A program made the translations under genes and the position numbers. This document shows positions 50,084 through 60,289 of a stretch of DNA of 64,000 nt, one piece after another (the first letter of the stretch is position 1; the number at the start of each line of letters is the position of its first letter). The notes under the pieces are model-generated. The model was not told the origin of the DNA. It did not search any database and saw nothing but the letters and a program-made list of their open reading frames with translations. The stretch is from Macrostomum hystrix (Eukaryota; Animalia; Platyhelminthes): contig CATNEN010000032.1 in NCBI GenBank assembly GCA_950097015.1, positions 620,001 to 684,000 on the forward strand. Direction: 5' to 3'.

Positions 50084-51434
50084 ATGGCTCAGTCAACAAG
50101 CGGACGTCGATTGGTAGCTTTTATCCTGATCATACAAATGCTTCTCACCTGGACCACTGGACTGGGATTCAAGGTGGACTATGCTGCTCGCCCCTCGGCA
50201 ACGTGCCAAATTACTTCACCGTCTTTTGACGATTGGGATTCTGAGTGAGCTGGGAAAACTGCATTTGTTTTTTAAAGTTAACTGTAGTTCACTCTCACAA
50301 AGCTGCAACAGTTCACTCTCACACTGATCTAGCAGTTCAGTCCCACACTGATCTAGCAGTTCACTCTCACAAAGCTGCAACAGTTCACTCTCACACTGAT
50401 CTAGCAGTTCAGTCCCACACTGATCTAGCAGTTCAGTCCCACACTGATCTAGCAGTTCAGTCCCACACTGATCTAGCAGTTCACTCTCACACTGATCTAG
50501 CAGTTCAGTCTCACACTGATCTAGCAGTTCACTCTCACACTGATCTAGCAGTTCACTCTCACACTGATCTAGCAGTTCAGTCCCACACTGATCTAGCAGT
50601 TCAGTCCCACACTGATCTAGCAGTTCAGTCCCACACTGATCTAGCAGTTCAGTCCCACACTGATCTAGCAGTTCACTCTCACACTGATCTAGCAGTTCAC
50701 TCTCACACTGATCTAGCAGTTCACTCTCACACTGATCTAGCAGTTCAGTCCCACACTGATCTAGCAGTTCAGTCCCACACTGATCTAGCAGTTCACTCTC
50801 ACACTGATCTAGCAGTTCACTCTCACAGTGATCTAGCAGTTCACTCTCACACTGATCTAGCAGTTCACTCTCACAGTGATCTAGCAGTTCACTCTCACAC
50901 TGATCTAGCAGTTCAGTCCCACACTGATCTAGCAGTTCAGTCCCACACTGATCTAGCAGTTCAGTCCCACACTGATCTAGCAGTTCAGTCCCACACTGAT
51001 CTAGCAGTTCACTCTCTCTGGTCCAGCAGTTCACTCTCTCTGGTCCAGCAGTTCACTCTCTCTGGTCCAGCAGTTCACTCTCTCTGGTCCAGCAGTTCAC
51101 TCTCTCTGGTCCAGCAGTTCACTCTCTCTGGTCCAGCAGTTCACTCTCTCTGGTCCAGCAGTTCACTCTCTCTGGTCCAGCAGTTCACTCGGCTCCGCAT
51201 TGCAGTGAGCTGTTCAGCCGGCCCCAGCGGGAAGAGCCAGACGAAGCCATGCGGCAGCAGCTGATGGAGAAGCTGATGGATATGTACGCCAGGCAAAAGT
51301 TTTTGCGCAATCGCATCAGGCCAGTGAAGTTTCTAAATTTTGCTTGCATGAACTGCTCTATCCTCGGCATCCTACTCACAAGCCAAAATGAACGCTAATT
51401 TCGATATACTTTCAAAAATTTCAGAATGGGCTGA
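50084..51434 (+). CDS. Neuropeptide precursor 2 (NPY/NPF-like, RIRM-amide), 94 aa; join(50084..50244,51206..51319,51425..51434)
   Basis: Signal peptide MAQSTSGRRLVAFILIIQMLLTWTTG; RPQR then EEPDEAMRQQLMEKLMDMYARQKFLRNRIRM-G-stop; same 3-exon, phase-2/phase-2 layout as precursor 1; last intron is GC-AG (AG|GCCAGT...TTTCAG|A); AATAAA at 51481. Confidence 0.8.
50286..51190. repeat. 24-bp (GCAGTTCACTCTCACACTGATCTA) grading into 22-bp (GCAGTTCACTCTCTCTGGTCCA) minisatellite in precursor 2 intron 1
   Basis: Direct inspection; the unit switches near 51005. Confidence 0.96.
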
Positions 51435-51480
51435 GGCGCCGAGCAGGGTCTGAGGTTCTCGCTAGTGTCATCGGTGCTCT

Positions 51481-51486
51481 AATAAA
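51481..51486 (+). terminator. AATAAA polyadenylation signal of precursor 2
   Basis: Canonical hexamer 47 nt after the stop. Confidence 0.6.
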
Positions 51487-51759
51487 ACAGGCGCGCTGTG
51501 CGGTGGGCATCAGTTTACAGCAACGTCACGTGACTGAAGTCCTGTCAATAATCTGTTACAACTATCGACTAAACAAACTGATATGAAGTTACAAAAGCAT
51601 CCTCTTTCTTTTAAATAAAGTCAATTCGCTTAAAGCAACACAGGAAATCAGTTTAGCTAATTTATTAATGATCTGCATCTTTAAAATCAATCGATCAATG
51701 CGGCATTAACAGGAAATAAAATTTGGAGATCGAATTTGAAGATCGTTAGTCATCGAGTA

Positions 51760-51882
51760 TGTTAGACATTCAGGCTGTCAGGCATTCAGGCTGTTAGACA
51801 TCGAGGCTGTTAGGCATTAAGGCTGTTAGTCATCGAGGCTGTTAGGCATTCAGGCTGTTAGACATCGAGGCTGTTAGGCATT
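51760..51882. repeat. 16-bp minisatellite (AGGCTGTTAGRCAT..) with alternating variants
   Basis: ~7 copies. Confidence 0.88.
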
Positions 51883-52350
51883 AAGACACGCATTAGCAGC
51901 GCATTTGCTGATTAATTCAGTTATGCGGGCAGCGCAGTTTTTAACAAGAGGGTCATTGTCACCTGCTGGCAGACGGCCTTGTGTAATTTCTAGCAAAGAT
52001 TGTCTAAAATAAGCGCACTGCCTGCATTGTGTGAACCCCCTTCTGAAGCAGCAGCAGTCAGGCCGACCACGAAGAACAATTAAAAAAGCCAAGAGGTTGC
52101 CCGCATCGGCATTCTACCTGAGGATTCACACCAGAATTCACCCCGCCGTCTTCCCGATGGTTTAAAAAGCTGCTCCTCTGATTTCTGAGCTCCCTAGAAA
52201 AATGTTTCAACTCCACTTGCTGAATAAGACTCACTTTATTATTGCAGCGACAGTTGTTTTAACCCACTGCTCAGCAATGCATGCGGGTACACTAGGCAAC
52301 GCAGCAGATTGGCTGAATACGATTGCTATTGACGAAAAATTGATCACCTA

Positions 52351-52855
52351 AGGTGGAACTAAACAACCAACCAACCAACCAACCAACCAACCAACCAACC
52401 AACCAACCAACCAACCAACCAACCAACCAACCAACCAACCAACCAACCAACCAACCAACCAACCAACCAACCAACCAACCAACCAACCAACCAACCAACC
52501 AACCAACCGAGCGGTTAACGCGTTTGCCTCTCGCACCAAGGTCCCTGAGTTCGATTCCACGGTGAGGCCACATTTATTTGGGGAGCAGCATCGGAGAGAA
52601 GGCATCGGGGTTTGTCGTGAAATTTACGCCCTTGAGGGCCAACCCCCAAGGCACAGTGAGAGTGTACACTGCCTGACGATGAGAGAGTCAGCGCAGATGT
52701 ACACACCTGTGTGAGCATATGTCTGAGTACGGTATTTGTGTGCGTGTGTGCTCAGGAGTCAGCGAAATGGGCAGAATTGCCTCCTCGCTGGCTGCGGGTC
52801 TCGTTCACTAAATGATGTGCCATTGCCCGCAGCCCTCCTGCAATTATTATTATTA
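52351..52855 (+). mobile_element. tRNA-derived SINE family B, copy with an (AACC)n array in its 5' head
   Basis: GTGGAAC...(AACC)n...GAGCGGTTAACGCG (A-box halves), B box GAGTTCGATTCC (52547-58), (ATT)n tail; colinear with 27721-28040. Confidence 0.8.
52362..52508. repeat. (AACC)n microsatellite
   Basis: ~36 perfect copies. Confidence 0.97.
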
Positions 52856-53783
52856 AGCCTTATTCACACACCCTGCGATGCGTCAAGTCCTGAACTGTGC
52901 ACTGCATAGAGCCTCATTCACACACCTCGCAGTGATTAACGAAGCGCCAATAATCATATGAAGCTAGTCATATTGAATTTTGGAAAGTTTGACAAAGTCA
53001 TTCTACAGGCAGATAAAATATATAGGCGGAAATGGTGGTTCAGAGAGCCGGGACACCCCAGGCCTTCAATCAAGGCCTCCGGTCTTAAGTTGGGCCTAAT
53101 TGAAATCGCAGGCAGCGGAGGTGCCAAAAACGGCAGCGGACAAGACGATCCCGACAAAGGCAGCGGTGCTCTAAAAATAGGCACTGATAAAAATGTAATA
53201 ATGCCGCTGCCAGGGGCTCAGATGGCCATAATGCGGAGGCGGCATTCTCAAATTCTCGGCCAGAGGGGAGAGTGAGTGATGATCTTCCGCTCAAAGTTAG
53301 CTCAATAAAACCTTGGCGCGCCCGACAAGCCATGCCCGATGATGCGCGGAGTCTGTGCAAGCCCGATTGAGCTCAGAAGAAAATGCTGGCTTTAAAAATA
53401 AACTATGAAAAGCTGGCATGGCATCAAGCAGTGTCCCCCCAGCTCACCTCCTAAGGCGAGGGAGGGCCAATCGCTGACCGGTCGGACGCTCTCGATCCAG
53501 AGCATCAATTCAAGTGGCAACGGCTTAAAAGGTGGGACCGGGTCTTCGATTGCCAGCAGTTTTCACAGGTGCAGTGGCAAGATCAGTCAGGTGAAATAAC
53601 TTTGAAATTAGATTATAATTATAATTAGATTATAATATTTAGATACGATCGCTACTCTAGTGCGGAATACTGAACTTACTGTGAGTGCAGCAGTGTTGAA
53701 TACTATCTTTGTAGATTGTTATCGAAATGTTGGTGCTCAACTGCAGCCCAAACTATTTCAGGATTCTCAAAATGCAGACCACA

Positions 53784-54164
53784 ATGAGGCCAGTCTCGCG
53801 TCTGGCGACTGTTCTCCTCCTGCTGCTGGGCTGCCTGCTGCAGATCAGCTGTCGGCCAGTTCAGAGCCGGAGCCTGGACTTATCGTCTCCGCTGGCTGGC
53901 GCCGACATCGGCCAGTCTGACATCGCGAAGGAGGCGTCGCCAGTGGATGAGGGCGGTGCAGTCGCAGATGTCAAGCCCTGGTGGCTGCCTCGGGGCGGGC
54001 CGCACAGCGCCAAGAAGAGCTCCATGAAGGAGCTGCTGAAGCACTGGGTTCTGTATCAGAGACCGAGGTAACAGTTCGGTGGCGCTATTTGAGCAGATCC
54101 TTCATCGAATCGAAATCAAACTCATGCCTCAAGCGCCGATTCAATTTGCAGATTTGGAAAATAA
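53784..54164 (+). CDS. npf: Neuropeptide F (NPF/NPY family) precursor 3, RPRF-amide, 98 aa; join(53784..54067,54152..54164)
   Basis: Signal peptide MRPVSRLATVLLLLLGCLLQISC; ...KKSSMKELLKHWVLYQRPRF-G-K-stop; 84-nt phase-2 intron in the Arg codon (AG|GTAACA...TTTGCAG|A). An alternative in-frame ATG lies at 53772. Confidence 0.88.
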
Positions 54165-54792
54165 ATGGCCCAGCTCGGCTGAACGTTGTCGCCAGCCAGA
54201 TGCCCTGCAGTGCCAGATGTCACTGACAAGCCGACTGTTAGGTTAGGCGGCGGAGATGAAATACTAGCTAAATATGCAGATGCCCACATTTTACTAACAT
54301 TTCTGAGTCTTTTTGAAACAATAAAATCTTTTTGAAACATAAATGGATTCAGTGAGAGTAAAATATTAAGCGTGTTCTTATCGTTCCATCAAGAAGCCAT
54401 TTTGATCCGTGAGACGGTAGGCAACATGCAGTGGTACACAGCGTCTCATCAACTAATTTGTTATCAGCTGGACCGGTCTACAACACTAGCTTTCAACATT
54501 TATGTAAAAAATGACACCAATAAATCTCTGTTACAGAGATATTTATAAAAGAAGCTATGAAAATTGGCTCATCGTAGGTATATTCTTTTACGAATACTTA
54601 CATTAATATATCTACAAATATCAGCATGGGCTCTTTTCCTTAGTTAGATGAGCACACATGCACAGATGCGTACAGAGACACCCCCGTGATGTCAGTGTTT
54701 GAAGTCAGAAGTTCATACGCTTTGGCGAACAATGCCAGATTTCTTCATGGATCTGCGCATCATCGATGGCCTGTGTGTGCGGACTCTTGATG

Positions 54793-55200
54793 CCTGGATG
54801 TTTTCCATGTTGTGGTGCCTGTTTTTCGCGTTGTGATGCATGTTTTCCATGTTGTGATGGCTGTTTTCCATGTTGTGATGGCTGTTTTCCATGTTGTGAT
54901 GGCTGTTTTTCATGTTGTGATGGCTGTTTTCCATGTTGTGACGGCTGTTTTCCATGTTGTGATGCCTGTTTTCCATGTTGTGACGGCTGTTTTCCATGTT
55001 GTGATGGCTGTTTTCCATGTTGTGATGCCTGTTTTCCATGTTGTGACGGCTGTTTTCCATGTTGTGATGCCTGTTTTCCGCGTTGTGATGGCTGTTTTCC
55101 GCGTTGTGATGGCTGTTTTCCGCGTTGTGATGGCTGTTTTCCGCGTTGTGATGGCTGTTTTTCATGTTGTGATGCCTGTTTTCCGCGTTGTGACGGCTGT
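54793..55200. repeat. 21-bp minisatellite (TTTTCCATGTTGTGATGGCTG)n between the convergent NPF genes
   Basis: ~19 copies; stop-free unit gives ORFs in several frames. Confidence 0.95.
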
Positions 55201-56251
55201 TCTGCAGTCCGAGGCCTTGGCCAGAGAGCGACGTCGTTTGAGGCGATGGTTAAGACCGTAGGTGACATGCACTCTCAGGTGCACGGAGAACAGCCTGTTA
55301 GATGGAACAATAGGCCAGTGGCCAGTTCGCAATACGTACTACTTTAACAGCACTAATGTACTCCGTCAGCGTCCTTGTGAATGATAAACTCTCTACTCAA
55401 TCACGAAATCTCGGCGCTCGATCATCGTATTGCGCTAGTAGAAACCAGAGCTCAGGTGTTAAACACTCAAGAAAACTATTAGCAAAAAAACAGTTCATAA
55501 GCCTTTCATCTGAATCTCACTGGGAAACAATTTCTATACTGCTCCGATTCGCTCCAAATAACAATGAATAAGGCAAGATACTCGTAGTAAATTTTAAAAG
55601 AATTTACGATGAAAAATGCTTTTAACCGTGCATGCCATTTTTCTACGGTCGAGGCATTCCGTTAGCTTTCTCCTCCCTCTGGATTTCAAGCTAAAATGTT
55701 CTGCTCAGAGACACTTATCACGCCTCATTGCGTGAGCTAGTACGCAGTCGGGGGGGGTAGAGTCACAGAGCGGGAGGCCAAGCAGCACCTACAGCTGCAA
55801 TTCGAAGCTGGGAAAACAAAAGGAGTTCTCGGAGAAATCGAACGCAGCTTTGATCCCAGGATGGGATCACTACGACGAGAGGTTTTGGAGTATTATCCGT
55901 ATTGAAGTGGGGAATACAAAAAAATTAGAAAAAAATAATTTTTCAAAACCATTTCTGCGGAGGTGGTGAAATTTGTTGCCTCTCGCCGTTGGATTTCAGC
56001 ACACGACAAATTATTTAATTTTGCGCGCGTTTCAGCTTATTAAACATGCTCGCATTGAAAGCTTTATTTTTAACAAAAACGCTAAAAAAGCGACCCTTAG
56101 GACGGTTCGACCCTCATGTACATGCCGAACATTCAACATCTCATCGGCAGAGCTGAAAATTAATCAATTTAATGAGGTCCTCTTCAGAACTGGTCCTTCT
56201 TTCTTCGATGACAAGATGCTCGAGTCTCAACCAATATCTGTCGTTATTTCA

Positions 56252-56786
56252 CTATCCAAATCTGAAAATATTACGCGCATGGTAAAGATGGCATTATTAC
56301 TAGCGTTCATGGCGGTGAAATGTGATTGATCAAGCCTACAGCTGCCAACACAGCTGCCTGTTACCTGATAGCTTGCATTTGATATTTGCATACAGTAGCT
56401 GATGCTTTTGAAAGATTCGAGTCTTGTACATATCGAAGTGCACCAGTTTTGCTTAGCAGATTAGGTGTCTTGCCTTTTCGAGTAAAAAGTAATTTAATTG
56501 GGCCTCACCTGGGCCGCTGGTAGAGGACCCAAAACTTCAGGATATCGTCAACGCTGCTCTTCCTCTTGCTCCCAGCTGTCGCGCCTTGCGGCTGCCACCA
56601 GCGGTTACGCCGGACGACTACCTGACCATCGACCGCGTCGCCTGACTCACGTGGCAGCTCAGGATTAGCGGCTTCGGCGGCGTGGCGTGCGCTATTGTGT
56701 GCGTTGGTGTCGTATAGACTTCGGGCGCAGACCAGAGTGCAGACGCACTGCAGCAGGACCAGCAGAAATAGTTGCTTGACAGTCAT
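56252..56786 (-). CDS. npf: Neuropeptide F (NPF/NPY family) precursor 4, RPRF-amide, 95 aa; complement(join(56252..56261,56509..56786))
   Basis: GCCGCC-ATG; signal peptide MTVKQLFLLVLLQCVCTLVCA; ...KRKSSVDDILKFWVLYQRPRF-G-stop; 247-nt phase-2 intron in the Arg codon (AG|GTGAGG...ATTTTCAG|A); minus-strand AATAAA at 56063-68. Confidence 0.88.
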
Positions 56787-57923
56787 GGCGGCTTCAACGT
56801 AATACCTTTTCCCGCTACGGAAAAAACAATCTGGAAGTCTCTTATTGACGAAATCCAGCCCAGATTTTCTGGATGGCTTGGGCTTACAACTGATGCGGAG
56901 CCTCGCCCCCAGTTACTGGTGGCAGTTGCGCGCGCTTTGTTTGATTGGTCGGATGCGCAGTTGGCAGCCTTCGCCCACGCAGCGGATCAGCGAATCTGTG
57001 AGACTCACTCACTCTGTGGTTGAGTGAAGCACTGACACCATTGACGCAGTGCAATAACTAATTCAATCGCGATTTCAAGTGATTGTCACGTTTAGTGCGT
57101 CACAAATGACTAAAATGGGGCTAAATCGTTCGTCAATAAACACAGTCTACAAGCCGCATTTTTTTTGAGGTGCATTAGAAATCTTAGAATGTACTCGTAT
57201 TATTTTATTTCTAAGGCAGCTTTTTTAAAACAGGTGCTTTACTATTTTAGAGTCGTTCTTAATCCCTGAAAAGCATGGAAATTGATCTCAATGTTTATTT
57301 CGCGCGAAAATAAAGAGCGTGTGTACGAAAGTAGAGCCTGACAGTCGTGTAGGTAGGAATAGCCGCAGTTGAAACAGTTTTAGAACGAGTGTAGGTGTAA
57401 GCCTCATATTTGGTTAACAAAATTAATTACAGTAGCCACATCGGCAGTCTACAAGCACTCGAGTTGGCCTAGCTGTGAACACGAGTTAGAGAACCCATAT
57501 TCGAGTCGAAATTTGCCCATACCTCAAGCGTCACCAAAGCAGCAAAAAACTAGACAAAACACGGGCAATTATTCAATCTCAAATTTTCACTCGCATCGCC
57601 GGGGCTGGGTGCATGGCTGCTACAGAAGAACTTGCACCCAGCGGGTGGGCCGCCCCGCGCCCCGGGTTCCAGTTAATAGCTGGGTGGCCTGGCTTGTCAA
57701 GGTACAAGCAGCTGTTGCATCTCTGCCTGCTAAACTGCCCTGCGTTACCGGCGCCAAGTCTGAAATTATTTTTAGAAGCGCACCAGAAACCACCGCATCG
57801 AACAGCCCACCACGGCATCGCGTGGGCCTCCAGGTGACAGCTGAGGGGGCAAGCCGGAAATAAAATATTATAAAACCTGTCGCCAAACGTACCTGGCCAA
57901 ACAGTTGACACCAGCGCTTACCA

Positions 57924-58627
57924 ATGCCGAACAGCAGCAAGTCTTATAGAGCTACGGCCATTGCACCGAAGACGACGCGACCTGCGCCACAGGCATCGGT
58001 CAGAAGACGCGGCGGTGGAGGCAGCGATGGCAGCAGCAGCAGCGGCCGCTCGTCCAGCGATCGGCTCGAGGCGATCAGCGAGTTGGGCCAACCGACGCTG
58101 CGCCTGGCAGCCTGGGCTAGCGAGGACTTCCTTGCCGCCATGAGGCTCGCGACCAACTGGAATGTCCAGCTGCCGCTGGGGGCGCAGCCACCCACCAGGT
58201 AATTTCTGTGACAAATTATGTCTTAGAGTTTAGATTTTGCCTTTCAGAGGTCAGACTGCCAATTATATTGGCTGTCTCCATACATAGAATTGGCATGTCT
58301 AGACCATTGGCTTCGTCATACTTGCAAGAATTGAAAGGCTCATTGTTGGCAGAATTTTTTTAAGAATTGAAAATTAAATAAGAATAAAACTTGCCACAAA
58401 TCTTTAGAGAAAAGCTGGTTTTCCATATGTAGAGCAATTAATAGAGCAGAGATGCTGTGATAAACCCAAGCAAAGTCTGTCACAGTTCAGGCTTTTAATA
58501 TGGTTGCCAAAGTTTTGCGTCGTGTTCCGTTGTCCGCAGACAAACTGCAACCGAGCCGGAGTCCAGCAGCTCACAGCAGCAATATCGGCCTCAGCAAGTG
58601 CAGCAGCAACAGCAGCAAAGGCAATGA
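57924..58627 (+). CDS. Possible orphan protein, 120 aa, Ser/Gly-rich N-terminus and Gln-rich tail; join(57924..58198,58540..58627)
   Basis: Acceptor CCAAACAG just before the ATG; GC-rich exon-like composition; donor AG|GTAATT and acceptor GTCCGCAG join in frame. No recognisable domain. Confidence 0.38.
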
Positions 58628-60289
58628 AATCGACAACAAATGGTGGTCAACACACTCGGATGTATCGAGAAGTTTTGATTGAAGGACCCGTGTATAGTAC
58701 TGAAGCAGTTATCTGCTAGTAGTATGGCTACTTGCTACAACTACCATTTAGTAGTCCATAATTTTACAGCTCTTGAAATGTCGAGTCCACCTCTTGTTAA
58801 GCTGCTTGTTGATAATTTATTGACCTGTCTCTCAAGGCTTTTAAATATTCTCTAAGGTGTCAATATAATGCTCATACTTAGAGTCTAACTTGGAATTACA
58901 TGTGTACATACTACTAGTATGTAATAAACCGTATTTATTTGTTGTTTTGTATTGATTTAATTTACCGATTTATTATGAAACGTACCCGATGAAAAAAGTG
59001 AGCCGCCGTTGTGGGTCAAAAGTGTCTGAACTCCGCTAAGTGCAGCACTCAGTTAGCTATTTTAAGAGGGGCAAGAGTTGAAACGCTTTAGCAACTTTTA
59101 ACCCCAAATGTCAAACGCGGACCGCGATTTCGGGTCAAAAACGTCTTAAAAACGGATCATATGAGCCGCTTGAGCCGCCAGTTGGGGGGTGGTGTACGTG
59201 GGGCGGGGGTTGGCGCATGGTTGTGCGTACATTACTGGGGTTGGGGTGGCAAGGAAACCCCAGCTGGTCATGTGGCTTATAGATGGCTTAAAAACTGGTC
59301 AATTATGATTGTGGCGTCTCAAATGTTGTTTAAAAGTTGTCAACACGGCTAAAGTGTTGGTTAAATGATGGTTAAGCGGCTCAACTCAACTGGTGGATTC
59401 CCCAAAAAAGTCACGTGACCGGATGGATGGTGTACAAATAAGTGGGCCATGATGCTCAATTACTGGTTAAAAGTTGGTCATGCGGCTCAAATACTGCGTA
59501 AAAGTTGCTCATGCGGCTCATTACGTAATCTCCTAGTAAAAATTCTAATTCATTTCGTCACTTACTTCATACTCCATACTACCATCGCTACTGACGGACA
59601 AAGTAGAATGATAATTACGAATTCGTTGTGGATAGTTTTTAGGTTGATTATCAGCTCCCTCAAGTCTCAACTCACAAAGAGAAGCGATAAAATCCACTAT
59701 ACTAAAAATGAAATGGTTGGTTGCTTGGTTGCTTGTAATTGATTTTCTCCCGAACGGCTCAACCGATTTTCACCATTTCTTCACCAAAAGATGCCAAATA
59801 TGGGGACAATTATACACGTATTTTTATTAAGCTTAACTTTATTGCTAAGGGGATTAAATATTCGAAAAACATGATTTTTTAAAGGTCAAATAATCTTGGC
59901 CTATTGAGAATTTTACTCACTGCCACTGAATTAGAATTGCATCGTCAAATTGCGCAACAACCCCTAGCTGATTGAATTTGAAGCCTGCACTCTGGAGACA
60001 AATTGGAAATAAATGTACACAACCAACCGCGAGACTAAGTGTACTCTATTTTCTCACTTCATTGTACAAAGCCAGAACTTTGAAAATTCATTTTATAAGG
60101 CTGATTTTTCACCCACTAACCAACAGTCGGAATAGCCGATGTGTAGGCACTGCATGGGAATAAGTTAGGCTAGGCTAGGGTTCGATTCTGCACTGCGTCA
60201 AATCATTTAGACGAATTTTTAGCCAGTAGTGATTGAAGATTATTTTAGTTTATTTTTTTCATTTCGTAAATAAAATATCATAAATCATA

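Noticed and set aside
50216-51264. ELLDQCES and HSHTDLAV repeat ORFs resembling metal-binding or coiled-coil proteins
   Set aside because: 24-bp array lying inside the precursor 2 intron on the opposite strand.
54705-55347. QPSQHGK and CDGCFPC repeat ORFs resembling structural or metallothionein-like proteins
   Set aside because: 21-bp unit is open in at least four frames, with no signal peptide or splice support.
59030-59540. Repeated GCGGCTCA/TGAGCCGC motifs suggesting a MITE
   Set aside because: Inverted matches are short and internal, with no defined TIRs or TSD.
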